The notes under the pieces were generated by a model. It made no database searches. It was not told where the DNA came from and saw only the letters and a program-made list of their open reading frames with translations. Positions 49,268 through 60,064 of a stretch of 64,000 nucleotides of DNA are shown here, piece after piece. Numbering within the stretch: position 1 is the first letter of the stretch; each line of letters begins with the position of its first letter. Where the stretch lies: NCBI GenBank assembly GCA_963725865.1, contig CAVSAC010000014.1, positions 608,001-672,000 of the forward strand, given 5' to 3'. This DNA is from Candidatus Eiseniibacteriota bacterium (GTDB lineage Bacteria > Eisenbacteria > RBG-16-71-46). Position numbers and translations under genes: made by a program.

Positions 49268-50059
49268 CTACTCGACCTCGCGCAGGCCGTGGCGCCCGAC
49301 CAGCTCCTCGAAGCGCTGCAGGCCCTCGAGATCGTCGGGACCGAGGCGGTAGTGGAAGCGTCGCATGTACGCCTCGAGCTCGTCGGGCGTCCAGCCGGTG
49401 CCGGTCCACTGGCGCGCGACCTCCGGCAGCGACGCGAGCCCGGCCGCCAGCGAGGTCTCGAGGAACTCGCGCAGCTCGGCCTTCACGCCCGCGTCGAGGT
49501 CGCGCCGCACCGCCCACACCGCGAACACGAACGCGAGCCCGGTCCATTCCAGCCAGTCGGCACCGAGATCGAGCGTCTGCGTGAAGCCCTCGGGCCGGCG
49601 GTCGCGCATGCGCATCGCGTCGTCGCCGATCATCAGCAGCGCGTCGGACTGGCCGGGCTCCAGCCCGCGCACGTAGCGCACGCCCTCGAGGCCGCGGCGC
49701 ACGTCGAGCAGCAGGTGCAGCAGCCGGATCGAGGTCGAGGTCGCGGGCGTCACCGAGATCAGCGCGTGCGCGAGCGCGGCCGCCGGTCGGCGCGAGTAGA
49801 GCAGCACCGAGTCGACCGCGCCGCGGCGCGCGACGCCGAACGGCCCCAGCAGCTCGAAGCGGTCCTGCATCCTCAGGTAGTCGCCGACCGCCATGACGCC
49901 GAGGTCCACGCGGCCGGCCTCGGCCTCGCGACCCAGCTCGCGCGGCAGCAGGTTGCGCACCGCGAACGGCGCGTCGGCCCACAGCGTGTAGAACGGCGCG
50001 CAGTTCGCGTACGGGATGCGGGCGGCGACGGTGGCGGTCGAGAGGTGGGGTCGCAGCAT
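49268..50059 (-). CDS. mqnA: Chorismate dehydratase (futalosine pathway)
   Basis: RIPYANCAPF, GAVDSVLL, TSTSIRLL, LMIGDDAM, DLG.DW..WTGL.FVFAVW. Confidence 0.9.
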   Translation of the reverse strand: MLRPHLSTATVAARIPYANCAPFYTLWADAPFAVRNLLPRELGREAEAGRVDLGVMAVGDYLRMQDRFELLGPFGVARRGAVDSVLLYSRRPAAALAHALISVTPATSTSIRLLHLLLDVRRGLEGVRYVRGLEPGQSDALLMIGDDAMRMRDRRPEGFTQTLDLGADWLEWTGLAFVFAVWAVRRDLDAGVKAELREFLETSLAAGLASLPEVARQWTGTGWTPDELEAYMRRFHYRLGPDDLEGLQRFEELVGRHGLREVE

Positions 50060-50126
50060 GGCGCGCGGCATCCTACGACAGGCGCGGGGCGCGGTCGAGC
50101 CGCGCAGGGCCTCGCCGCCGGGCGGC

Positions 50127-51023
50127 TCACAGCGGCAGACACACCTGCACCGGCTCCTCGGGCGGCTGCAGCCGCAACATGCGCCGGTCGGCGATCGCGT
50201 GGCGGCGCTTGAGCTCGGCCACCTGTTCGCGCAGCGCGTCGACGTGGGTGCGCTTGAGATAGGCGCCGGCCGCGAACAGCCGCTCGTACTCCGGCAGCAG
50301 CGCGGGCCAGTCGCGCGCCAGGCTCGCGAAGAAGTGCTCGCGCGTGCCGGGCCGCAGGTTCACGACGTCGGCCCAGATGAACGCGGCTCCGGCGTCACGC
50401 GCGGCGCGCACCACGGCCGCCAGCTGCTCCGGCCGGTCGGAGAGCCCGGGGAGCACGGGCGCCATCGCCACGCCGGCGCGCACGCCGCCGGCGATCAGAC
50501 GGCCGAGCGCCCGCAGCCGCGCCTGCGGTGGCGCGGTCGCGGGCTCGGTGGTGCGCCATACCGCCTCGTCGAGCGTCGGCACCGAGAACGACACCGAGAC
50601 CGTGGCGCGACGCGACGCCTCCTGCAGGCGATCGAGGTCGCGCACCACCAGCGGCCCGCGGGTGATGAGGTTGAAACCGGTGCGCGCTTCGGCGAGCACG
50701 GCGAGGCACGCGCGTGTCAGCCGGTAGCGGCCCTCCGCCGGCTGGTAGGGGTCCGTCGCCGCGCCGATCACCACCGGGTCGCGCTTCCACGTCGGGCGCA
50801 CGAGCTCGGCGCGCAGCACCTCGGCGATATTGGTCTTCACGCGGATGCTCCAACCGTAGCGCTGGTCGCTCGGCCGCTCCGCGCGCCGCTCGAACGCGCG
50901 CACGTAGCAGAACGTGCAGCGGTGGGCGCAGCCCATGTAGGGATTGAGCGACCACTCGAAGCCCATCCCGGTCACCCGGTTGAGGGCCGAGCGGCAGGGC
51001 TCCTCGCGGTACTCGACGCGCAT
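50127..51023 (-). CDS. Radical SAM protein, SplB/Rv2578c-like
   Basis: WSLNPYMGCAHRCTFCY, IRVK.N, ATDPYQPAE..Y.LTR, EP.TAPP..RL, APVLPGLSD. Confidence 0.9.
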   Translation of the reverse strand: MRVEYREEPCRSALNRVTGMGFEWSLNPYMGCAHRCTFCYVRAFERRAERPSDQRYGWSIRVKTNIAEVLRAELVRPTWKRDPVVIGAATDPYQPAEGRYRLTRACLAVLAEARTGFNLITRGPLVVRDLDRLQEASRRATVSVSFSVPTLDEAVWRTTEPATAPPQARLRALGRLIAGGVRAGVAMAPVLPGLSDRPEQLAAVVRAARDAGAAFIWADVVNLRPGTREHFFASLARDWPALLPEYERLFAAGAYLKRTHVDALREQVAELKRRHAIADRRMLRLQPPEEPVQVCLPL

Positions 51024-51254
51024 GGCCGCGACTATCGCAGTCGAGGCCTCATTGCTCAAGTGTGCAGTTGCGGCGCTGGCGGCTGAGTGATGGGGCGCCG
51101 CGGGGCCGTGCGCGGGGCCCCGCGATGGACCAGGCGGCGCCGGAGCGCAGTCCTTGCAAAGCCCTGCGATCCGCGGGCCTCGGCCGGCGCGGCGGCCGCG
51201 GCGGCCGCCGCGGCCGCGCTCCAGCGCCGCGGCTCGCGGGCCGATAACGCGGCC

Positions 51255-53351
51255 ATGACGAACGCGCTGCTCGCACTCGCGCTGCTGCTGCCCTTCGCCC
51301 TGGTCGCCCTGCTGCGCAAGGCGGCCCTGCGCCAGCTCGAACGCGCTCCGGAGGGCGCGTGGTTCGGGTACTGGCGCGCCGTCAACCTGCTCGCGCTGCT
51401 GCCCTGGCTGGGCTGGATCGGGCTGATGTGGACCACCGGGACGGGATCGCGGCTCTCGCACGCGATCGACCCGCTGGGACTGCCGGCCACCACGCTGTTC
51501 ATGGGCCTGCTCTTCGGCGTGCCGCCGGCGCTCACAGTGCTGGCGATCGTCGCGCTCTCGCACGCCGTGGCGCGGCGCGCGCGTGGTGTCGAGACCTCGT
51601 TGCGCGAGGCGGTGGAGCCGGCCGCCTGGCAGCTGGTGGGACTGGTGGTGCCGCTCGCGCTGTTCGGGGTCGCGATCGCGCAGCTGACGGAGACCGACGT
51701 GCGCGGCGCCGCCACCAGCATGCTCGCGGGCATCGCGGTGATGCTGCTCGCGCTGACGCGGCGCGGCGTGGCCGGCGGACTGGCGCCGCACGCGGTGACC
51801 GCCGGCGAACTGCGCGACCGCGTATTCGCGCTGGCGGCCGCGGCGGAGCAGCGGGTGCGCATGCTGTACGTGGTGCCCGCGGCCCGCATGCGCCTCGCGA
51901 ATGCGTTCGCCGTGAACCCGAACGTGGTGATGCTCACCGACCACCTGCTCGCGCACCTCTCGCGCCGTGAGGTGGACGCGATCCTCGCGCACGAGCTCAC
52001 GCACCTGAAGCACCGGCATCCGATGAAGCTGCTCGTGTGGCCGGCCGGGCTCTGGGTGGTGGCGGCGATCGCGCGGCTCTCCGCGCCCCCCTGGCTGGTG
52101 TGGCCCCTCGCCCTGCTCGGATACCTGATCCTGCAGACGCTGATCGCGCGACGGTTCGAGGCCGCGGCCGACGCCGGGGCGGTCGCCATGACCCGCGATC
52201 CGGAGGCGATGATCGCCGCACTCGCACGCCTCACGCGCCTCAACCACCTGCCGCTCGAGTGGGGCCGCTGGACCGGCTCGCTGCTCACCCATCCGTCGAC
52301 GCTGCGGCGCGCGCGCGCGATCGGCGCCGCCGCCGGGCTGAGCGCGGAGCGCGTCGACGCGCTGCTGCGCGATGGCTGCGACGACCCCTCGCGCTACGCG
52401 ATCCCGGCCGGGATCGCCGACGGCGTGCGCGCGTTCTCGACGCCCTACAAGAGCGGCTGGAGCAATCGCATCGGCTTCGCGATGCTGGCGACGCTGGCGC
52501 TGCTGCCGGCCGCGCTGATGGCGGCCGCCGGAGCCGTGCTTCCGGCGGCGCCCCGCCTTCAGGTGGTGCTCGTGGTGATGGTGCTCGCTGCGCTCGCCGT
52601 GCTCGCGCTCGGCGACGCGCTCGGCGGGCGCCCGAGCGCCGCGCTGCGCGCCACGCTGGCCCGCCGGCTCGGCGACGCCGTCGGCGATCCGGCGCGCGCC
52701 GGCTACGTGGGCCTCGCGCCGGGCGCGCAGGCGCGGGTCTACGAGGGCTTCGGCGACTGGGATCTCGGCTTCCTCGTGCTCGAAGCCGACCGGCTGCGCT
52801 ACGTCGGCGAGCAGGCGCGCTTCGCGCTGCGCCGGGACGACGTCCTCGACGTCACGCTCGGCGCCACGCTCCCCGGCTGGGTCATGCCACCGCGCGTGGT
52901 CGTGCACTGGCGCGGGGGCGCGTTCAGCCTGCGCGACGCGGGCGTGAGCCGCGTGAGCGCCGGGGCGGCCGCGGCGCGCGCGCTGCGGGCGCGCCTGCTG
53001 GCGTGGCACGCCGAGGCGCCGCGCGAGGAGGCGAGGACGGCCGCCGGCGCGATCGCGATGGATCCCGCCGCGGCGCTCCCGCCGGCGGCGGACCGCGTCA
53101 CGTCGATGACCCCCTTCGAGGTGGCGAACCCGCGCACCCTGCTGCCGCCGACGGTGCTGCTGCTGCTCGGCGCGCTGATGGCGAGCGGGCTGTTCGGACT
53201 TCCGATCGAGCCGGAAGCCGGGGCCGGATTCGTCGACGGGTTCGCGATCGGGGTCGCGGTGCTGGTGTTCCTGCGGCTGCCATGGTGGCGCTGGCGCGAA
53301 CCCGCGCCCGTGCCGGTCGTCGCGCGCGTCGAGCAGCGGCGCGCCGCCTGA
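51255..53351 (+). CDS. M48-family zinc metalloprotease, membrane-bound, long C-terminal extension
   Basis: ANAFA, AILAHELTH, RRFEAAAD, THPS..RR; multiple TM helices. Confidence 0.85.
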   Translation: MTNALLALALLLPFALVALLRKAALRQLERAPEGAWFGYWRAVNLLALLPWLGWIGLMWTTGTGSRLSHAIDPLGLPATTLFMGLLFGVPPALTVLAIVALSHAVARRARGVETSLREAVEPAAWQLVGLVVPLALFGVAIAQLTETDVRGAATSMLAGIAVMLLALTRRGVAGGLAPHAVTAGELRDRVFALAAAAEQRVRMLYVVPAARMRLANAFAVNPNVVMLTDHLLAHLSRREVDAILAHELTHLKHRHPMKLLVWPAGLWVVAAIARLSAPPWLVWPLALLGYLILQTLIARRFEAAADAGAVAMTRDPEAMIAALARLTRLNHLPLEWGRWTGSLLTHPSTLRRARAIGAAAGLSAERVDALLRDGCDDPSRYAIPAGIADGVRAFSTPYKSGWSNRIGFAMLATLALLPAALMAAAGAVLPAAPRLQVVLVVMVLAALAVLALGDALGGRPSAALRATLARRLGDAVGDPARAGYVGLAPGAQARVYEGFGDWDLGFLVLEADRLRYVGEQARFALRRDDVLDVTLGATLPGWVMPPRVVVHWRGGAFSLRDAGVSRVSAGAAAARALRARLLAWHAEAPREEARTAAGAIAMDPAAALPPAADRVTSMTPFEVANPRTLLPPTVLLLLGALMASGLFGLPIEPEAGAGFVDGFAIGVAVLVFLRLPWWRWREPAPVPVVARVEQRRAA

Positions 53352-53444
53352 GGCGAGCGAGCGCGCGACCGGGATCGCACGGTCGCTGGGCGCTCGCGGG
53401 AACCGACGTGCCCGCGCCAGCGGCCACGCCGGACTCCCGCAGGC

Positions 53445-55004
53445 TCAGCGCTCGCGCGCCAGCTCCGCGAGGAACGCCTCGCCGTAGCGCGCCAGCTTGG
53501 CCGGTCCCACGCCCGAGAGCAGCAGCAGCCCGCTGGGCGTGCGCGGCCGGTGCTCGGCCATCTGGCGCAGCACCGCGTCGCTGAAGACGATGTAGGCGGG
53601 CACGCTCTCGGCGTCCGCGAGCCGCTTGCGCAGCGCGCGCAAGCGGTCGAACAGCGCCTCGTCGTACGCGCCGCCCGCGGCGCCCGCCGCGCCGGGCCGC
53701 GCGAGCCGCCCCGCGGCCGGCGGGCCGACCGGCGCCACCAGCGCCTCGATGCCCACGCCGCGGCACACGTCGCAGGAGCCGCCGCACGGCTCGAGCGGCT
53801 CGTCGAAGTAGCCGACCAGCGCCCGGTGCCGGCAGCCTCCGCGGTCCACGAGCCGGAACAGCTCGACCGTCTTGCGCCGCGTCTCCTCGCGCACGGCGGC
53901 GTCCTCGATCCCGTCGAGGAAGCGGTCGTAGCCGATCACGTCCGCCCACGAGTAGAACAGCACGCAGTCGCTCGGCAGCCCGTCGCGGCCGGCGCGGCCG
54001 ATCTCCTGGTACCACGCCTCGATGCTCTTCGGCATGTCGCGGTGGACCACGAACCGCACGTTGCTCTTGTCGATCCCCATGCCGAACGCGACGGTGGCCA
54101 CGATCACGTCGGCCTCGTCGCGCGCGAACGCGTCCTGGTGGCGGTGGCGGTCGGCGTCGGCCAGCCCGGCGTGGTACGGCAGCGCGCGCACGCCGTGGGT
54201 GTTCAGCCACGCCGACACGCTCTCGACCGAGCGGCGGCTGATGCAGTACACGATCCCGCTCTCGCCGGCGTGGCGGCGGATGATGCCGAGCAGGTCGCGG
54301 CGGGTGTCGCGCCGCTTCCCCGCGGCGTCATCCCCCTTCTTGTGCGCGGTGATCACCAGATTGGGGCGGAAGAACGAGCCCTTGTAGCCCGCCGGCTGGA
54401 CCATGCCGAGCTGGCGGATGATGTCGCCCGCGACCCGGCGCGTGGCGGTCGCGGTGAGCGCCAGCACCGGGATGTCGCCCATCTCGGACTTGAGCCCCGC
54501 GAGGCGCCGGTACGAGGGCCTGAAATCGTGCCCCCACTGGCTGATGCAGTGCGCCTCGTCCACCACCACCAGGCTCGGCCGGCACTCCGCGATGATGCCG
54601 CGCAGCCCGCCCTCGAGCCCTTCGGGCGCGACGTAGAGGATCTCGAGCTCGCCGCGGCGCAGTTCGCCGAGCCGGCGCTTGCGCTCCTCGAAGTCCACCG
54701 TGGAGTTGAGCACGGTGGCGCGCACACCCACGCGCACCAGCGCGTCCACCTGGTCCTTCATCAGGCTGATGAGCGGCGAGAGCACCAGCACCGGGCCGGG
54801 CAGGATCTTGGCGGGGATCTGGAACGTGAGCGACTTGCCCGCGCCGGTGGGCATCACACCGATGCAATCGCGCCCGGCGAGCACCGCGTCGATGATCTCG
54901 CGTTGGCCGGGACGGAACGCGCGATAGCCGAACACCGTCTCCAGGACCTGCTGGGGGTCCGTGTACCTCAGCGAGTGGAACAGCGGGGCACTGGATTCGG
55001 GCAC
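53445..55004 (-). CDS. recQ: RecQ-family ATP-dependent DNA helicase (Zn-binding and HRDC, no winged helix)
   Basis: GTG start with [70 protein letters not shown]. Confidence 0.92.
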   Translation of the reverse strand: MPESSAPLFHSLRYTDPQQVLETVFGYRAFRPGQREIIDAVLAGRDCIGVMPTGAGKSLTFQIPAKILPGPVLVLSPLISLMKDQVDALVRVGVRATVLNSTVDFEERKRRLGELRRGELEILYVAPEGLEGGLRGIIAECRPSLVVVDEAHCISQWGHDFRPSYRRLAGLKSEMGDIPVLALTATATRRVAGDIIRQLGMVQPAGYKGSFFRPNLVITAHKKGDDAAGKRRDTRRDLLGIIRRHAGESGIVYCISRRSVESVSAWLNTHGVRALPYHAGLADADRHRHQDAFARDEADVIVATVAFGMGIDKSNVRFVVHRDMPKSIEAWYQEIGRAGRDGLPSDCVLFYSWADVIGYDRFLDGIEDAAVREETRRKTVELFRLVDRGGCRHRALVGYFDEPLEPCGGSCDVCRGVGIEALVAPVGPPAAGRLARPGAAGAAGGAYDEALFDRLRALRKRLADAESVPAYIVFSDAVLRQMAEHRPRTPSGLLLLSGVGPAKLARYGEAFLAELARER

Positions 55005-55167
55005 GGTCCCTCCGTGGACGGGAGCGGATGCGGGGTGAGCACGCAAGGTACCGGATGCAGCGTGGCCGCGCACGGCGTACCGCGCGGCCCGCCCGTCGCG
55101 CGCCGGCCGGGCGGCGAAGCGCACGGCGGATCCGCTAGACTGCGGCCCCTACCGTGGGAGATCCCGC

Positions 55168-57321
55168 ATGAGCTGCTTGGAGAGAGGCTCGCTGCTTCCG
55201 GCCGCGCTGGCGATCGCCGCGCTGCTCGCCGGCTGCGCGCCCGCGCGGGCGCCGGCCGTCCCGGGTGCCGGGGTCGACGCATTCCCGGAGCACTACGCGC
55301 ATTCCATCGCCGCGCTCGGCTGGCCGGGGGCCCATCGCGCGTTCCAGATCGGCGACGGCAGCGTGATCGCGAACGGCGAGGCGGCGCTGCAATGGCGCTT
55401 CGATCCGGACGCCGGTCCGGCGACGACGTCGCCGGTCGCCTTCGAGCGCGACGGAGTCCCGGTGGCACACTGGACGATGGAAGCGCGCGGCGTGCGGCTG
55501 GCGTTCGAGGCCGCGGCCGCGCCCGCGACACCGCTCGGCGACACCAGTCTGGTGGCCTCGGTGCGCGTCACGGCGAGCGCGATCGGCCCCGGGCCCGTCG
55601 ACGTCGCGTTCGACGCGCGGGTGCACGGCACGCCGGCGGGGCCACACGTCGTGCCGTGGGACGCGCCGGAGCGGGCCGAGGTCGCCGAGGCGTGGCGCGG
55701 ACGTGCGGCCCTCCGCTCCGGCCGCGTGGTGGCGCTGGTGGACCGCGCGGCCGTGGTGCCGGCGGGCGCGCCGTCGATCGCGCATCCGGTGGTGACCGTG
55801 GGCACCGGGCCGGGCGCGCTCGCGGCGCGCTGCGCTGCGCGGCTCGCGGCGGGTGAGCGGCGCGAGTGGGACTTCGTGCGTCCCGCTGTATCCCACCGCG
55901 CTGGCGTCGGGGGCGCTCGCGAGCGTGGCGGCCCACGAGCGCGTGGTCGCGATGTCGCGGCGCTTCTGGCGCGCGCAGTTGGCGCGGGCCGCGACACTCG
56001 CCACGCCCGATCACACGGTGGACGCGGCGTGGAACGCCGCGCTCGTGACGCTGGTGCTGTGCCACGAGCGGCCGGGCGGACGCTGGGCGCCGATCGGCAG
56101 CCCGTTCCAGTATCGCGATGTGTGGCTGCGCGACGGCGCGCGGGCCGTGCGGGCGCTGGCGCTCGCGGGACTCTCCGACTTCGCGCGCGACGACGCCCGC
56201 ACGCTCGCCGAGTTCCAGCTGCCGAGCGGCGCGCTGCTCTCGCAGACGGGCCAGCTCGACGGCACCGGCGAGGGACTGTGGGCGTTCGAGCAGGCGTGCG
56301 CCTATGCCGGCGACCGGGCGCTGGCCACCGAGCTGCTGCCGGTCGCGCGGGGGTCGCTCGAGTGGATCGAGCGCCAGCGTCGGGCGACCGCCGCGCTGCG
56401 CCTGCCGTGGGCGGGGCTGCTGCCGTTCGGCGATCCACGCGACGCCGAATTGGTGTGCGCCGAGCTGGTCGGCAACGACGCGTGGTCGATCGCCGGCTGC
56501 GACGCGGTCGTCGCACTCGCGCTGCAGGCCGGGGACTCCGCCCTCGCAACGCGGGCCCGGTCCGAGGCCGCCGACTACCGCCGCGCCTTCGCGTCCGCGC
56601 TCGGGCGGACCGGCAGTCGCGACGTGCCGCCGTCCTGGCCCGGCGCCGGCCGCGACTGGGGAAACCTGTCGAGCGGCTATCCCACCCGGGCGCTGCCGCC
56701 GGGTGATCCACGGCTCGCCGCCCTCGCGCGCCGGGTGCTTGCGCCCGAGGGCCGTCCGGGCCTCAGTCACTACGGGTCGCCGGATTCGCTACACACCTAC
56801 AACGGCGTCGACCTCGCGCTCGACGAGCTGCGCGCCGGCCGGCCGGCGTACGCGCGCGCCTGGCGGGACTCGCTGCTGGCGCACAGCAGCAGCACGATCG
56901 GCCAGGCGGAGATCTTCGACCGCCGCGATGGCGGCTTCGGCTCCAACCTGCCGCCGCACGCCACCGCCGCCGCGGTGCTGGTCGATCTGCTGCGCAGCAT
57001 GGTGCTCGCGGATCCCGGCGACACGCTGGAGATCGCGCTCGGCTGCGATACCGCCGCGTGGGCCGGCACCACGCTGTCGCACGCGCCCACGCGCTTCGGA
57101 GTCACCTCGGTCTCGCTCGACCGCCCGAGCCCCGGCCGACTGCGGGTGCGGCTCGATCCGCTGCCCGCGCCGGCGCGGGTGCGGGTGCCCGCGGGCCTGC
57201 GGGCCACCGTCGCCGCGCTCGCCCGGCGGCCCGCGTCGCGGAAGCGGGCTGGGTCGAGGCGCCGCCGGGCGCCGCCGAGATCGCGTTCGACGTCGAGCCG
57301 TTCGCGGAGCCGCGACGATGA
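55168..57321 (+). CDS. Lipoprotein with (alpha/alpha)6 glycoside-hydrolase-like domain; two frameshifts (about 55879 and 57220-57230)
   Basis: Lipobox LAGC; YRDVWLRDGA, GQLDGTGEGLW, GLLP, NLPPH..AAA, APTRFG; coding sense passes frame 1 to 2 and back to 1. Confidence 0.62.
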
Positions 57322-57980
57322 GCCGACGACGACGCCCGATCGCGCCGCCGCCCGAGACCGCGCGGAATCGCGGCCGTCGCACCGCCGCAAGCGCGCTGCT
57401 CGCGTCGCTCGCGCTCGACACTCGCGCTCGCGCTGGCACTCGCGGTGCGGTCCGCGCGTCGCCCGCCGCCGGCGCCGGCGGAGGTCCCGCTGGCGCCCTC
57501 GCCGGCGCTCGCCGACAGCGTGAACGCGGCCGAGGCGCGCGGCGACTGGGTGCGCGCGCTGGGCTACCTGCAGCGGGTCGCCGACGCGAACCCGCGCAAT
57601 CCGATCGCGGTGATGGCGCTCGGCATGTCCTGGAGCAACTACAGCTGGGGCGGCTCCACCTACGCGCGCCCGCGCCCGGCCATGCGCACCAGTCTCGACC
57701 GGGTCCGCATCCTGCGCCACGCCCTCGCGCTCGAGGACTCGGCGAGCGCGCTGGCGAGCGCCGCGCACGAGCAGGCGCTCGTGCGCGATCCAGTGGGGCC
57801 GCATGCTCGAGGCCATCGGGATGCCGATCGACGCGCTGGCGCTCTATCAGGAGGCTCGCCGGCTCGACCCGGCGGATCCCGACGCCGCGGCGCACGTCCG
57901 CACCACCGAAGTCCTGGCTGCGCGATCCGCGGCAGGCGGAGGTGAGCACGCTGCCGGTGCCGGCGTCGCCGCACCACTGA
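57318..57980 (+). CDS. Membrane-anchored TPR-like protein with apparent +1 frameshifts (about 57418, 57787, 57908)
   Basis: ATGA overlap; joined segments read LALTLALALALAVR / ARGDWVRALGYLQRVADANP / GMPIDALALYQEARRLDP / WLRDPRQ. Confidence 0.5.
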   Translation: MSRRRRPIAPPPETARNRGRRTAASALLASLALDTRARAGTRGAVRASPAAGAGGGPAGALAGARRQRERGRGARRLGARAGLPAAGRRREPAQSDRGDGARHVLEQLQLGRLHLRAPAPGHAHQSRPGPHPAPRPRARGLGERAGERRARAGARARSSGAACSRPSGCRSTRWRSIRRLAGSTRRIPTPRRTSAPPKSWLRDPRQAEVSTLPVPASPHH

Positions 57981-58005
57981 GCCCGCGCGGTCGCGCGCGG
58001 GGAGC

Positions 58006-58452
58006 TCAGCGCCCGATGTCGAGCGGACGGCCGGTCTCGAGCAGGGTCTTGAGCCCCGAGAGCACCGGGTTCCAGCCGTGCATGACCTCCCGCCAGGTCG
58101 CGGTCTCGCGCTCGAACTCGTCGTGCACGAGCGTGAGCTTGCAGGTCTCGCCGAGCGTGTCGAGCTCCCACGTCACGCGCGAGGGGCGGTCGAGTCGCGC
58201 CTCGGGATGCCAGGGCAACGTGTAGGAGTGCACCAGGCGCGCGGGCGGCTCGATCTCGAGCACCACGCCTTCGACGGCAGGCCGGCTGTCGGGGTGGCGC
58301 CAGACGATCGGCGCGCCGACCACGAGCGTGCTCTCGATCGCGGAGGCGCCGAAGTAGCGCACCGTCATCGCGGGATCGACGATCGCCTGCCACAGCCGCT
58401 CCGGCGTGGTGCGGATGTAGACCTCCCAGACATGGCGCGGACCGGGACTCAA
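58006..58452 (-). CDS. SRPBCC domain protein
   Basis: TTGA overlap; VYIRTTPERLWQAI.DP, PSRVTWE, CKLTLVHD, GWNPVLSGLKTLLETG. Confidence 0.88.
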   Translation of the reverse strand: MSPGPRHVWEVYIRTTPERLWQAIVDPAMTVRYFGASAIESTLVVGAPIVWRHPDSRPAVEGVVLEIEPPARLVHSYTLPWHPEARLDRPSRVTWELDTLGETCKLTLVHDEFERETATWREVMHGWNPVLSGLKTLLETGRPLDIGR

Positions 58453-58853
58453 CGTGGCCCTTCCAGCGGCAGCCCGCGCGCGATCCAGCCGCGGATGCCC
58501 TCGGCGAGCGAGGTCACGTGGGTGTAGCCCATGCGCTGCAGGTTGTCCGCGGAGAGCACGCTCCGGTAGCCGCCTCCGCACTGGAGCACCAGCGGAGTGT
58601 CCTTGGCGGGAAACGTCGTCTCCACGTCGCGCTCGAGGATGCCGCGGCCCAGGTGCGTGGCCCCGGGGATCCGCGCCGCGTCCCACTCGCGGTCCTCGCG
58701 GACGTCGACGAGCACCAGCGGCTCGCCGGCCGCGAGCCGCGTGCGGTAGTCCTCGATGGTGATCTCGCGCACGTGCCGCCGCGTGGCGTCGACGAGCGCC
58801 TCGAACCCCGGCGAGTGGACGGGCGCCTGCGGCGCGTCGCGCGGTCCGCTCAT
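58449..58853 (-). CDS. Rhodanese-like sulfurtransferase
   Basis: LVDVREDREW..IPGA.HLGRG..ERD, active site CGGGYRS, LQRMGY, GIRGW. Confidence 0.92.
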   Translation of the reverse strand: MSGPRDAPQAPVHSPGFEALVDATRRHVREITIEDYRTRLAAGEPLVLVDVREDREWDAARIPGATHLGRGILERDVETTFPAKDTPLVLQCGGGYRSVLSADNLQRMGYTHVTSLAEGIRGWIARGLPLEGPR

Positions 58854-58870
58854 GCGCGCGCCTTCCGCGC

Positions 58871-60016
58871 TCAGGCCGACGCCGCCGCGGGCGCGGCGCT
58901 CTCGGCCAGCGGATACTCGCGCACGACGCGGTAGAGCGCATCGCGCTGCACCGGCACCTTGCCGGCCTCGCGGATGGAGTGGACCATGCCCGCCTCGGCG
59001 AATCCCACCGGGCTCCGCGCGAGGGCAGCGTGCGCGATCTTCTCCACGCCGATGGTGCCGTCGAGATCGCTGGCGCCGAAGTTGAGTGCCACGCTCGCGG
59101 TGTCCTGCCCCAGCATCACCCAGTACGACTTCACGTGGGGCACGTTGTCGAACAGCAGGCGCGAGATCGCGATGGTCTTGAGGTCCTCGATCGCGGAGGC
59201 CTGCCGGCGCACGAGCCCGGTGGTGCCGGGCTGGAACGCGAGCGGGATGAACGCGAAGAAGCCGGGCGAGCGGTCCTCGAGGTCGCGCAGGTCGATCACG
59301 TGCTGCACGCGCTCGGCGCGCGTCTCGATGTGGCCGTAGAGCAGCGTGGCGTTCGAGCGGATGCCCAGGCGGTGCGCGATGTCGTGGATCTCGAGCCAGC
59401 GCCGGCCGCCGATCTTCTGGTGGAAGAGCTCGCGCCGCACGCGCTCGCTGAACACCTCGGCTCCGCCGCCGGGCAGCGCGTCGAGGCCGGCCTGCCGCAG
59501 CTGCTCGAGCACCCACTCGGCCGGCTGCTTGGTGAGCCGGCAGAAGAAGTCGATCTCGACCGCGGTGTACGCCTTCACGCTCAGGTCGGGCTTCTTCTCC
59601 TTCACCCAGCGGATCACGTTCACGTAGTCGTCGAACCGCCACTTGTTGTGGAGGCCGCCCACGATGTGGATCTCGCGGATGTCGGGATCGACGTGCGCGA
59701 GGATCTCCTCGCGGCTCATCGTGTATGCGTCCGGGGCGCCGGGCTTCTTGGCGTAGTCGCAGAACTTGCACGACAGCACGCACACGTTCGTGGGATTGAG
59801 CTGGCGGTTGACGCTGAAGTACACGCGCTCCCCGTGCAGGTCGCGCGCGACGGCGTCGGCGAGGCGGCCCAGCTCGACGACGCTCGCGTCGAACAGGCGC
59901 ACGCCCTGCTCCTGAGCCAGGCGGCCGCCATCGAGCAGGACGCGCTGGGCCTGCGCGACCTGGGGGTCGCGCAGCCCGAGGGCGCGCACGTGGTCGGTCG
60001 AGGTGGGTCGTGGCAT
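58871..60016 (-). CDS. mqnE: Aminodeoxyfutalosine synthase (radical SAM)
   Basis: NRQLNPTNVCVLSCKFC, EIHIVGGLH, KAYTAVEI, PGGGAEVF, SNATLLYGHIE, HVKSYWVM, DLDGT..EKI.H. Confidence 0.9.
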   Translation of the reverse strand: MPRPTSTDHVRALGLRDPQVAQAQRVLLDGGRLAQEQGVRLFDASVVELGRLADAVARDLHGERVYFSVNRQLNPTNVCVLSCKFCDYAKKPGAPDAYTMSREEILAHVDPDIREIHIVGGLHNKWRFDDYVNVIRWVKEKKPDLSVKAYTAVEIDFFCRLTKQPAEWVLEQLRQAGLDALPGGGAEVFSERVRRELFHQKIGGRRWLEIHDIAHRLGIRSNATLLYGHIETRAERVQHVIDLRDLEDRSPGFFAFIPLAFQPGTTGLVRRQASAIEDLKTIAISRLLFDNVPHVKSYWVMLGQDTASVALNFGASDLDGTIGVEKIAHAALARSPVGFAEAGMVHSIREAGKVPVQRDALYRVVREYPLAESAAPAAASA

Positions 60017-60064
60017 CGGGTCTCCGTCGCTGAAGTACCGGGCGCGGAGTATACCGGGCACGCC

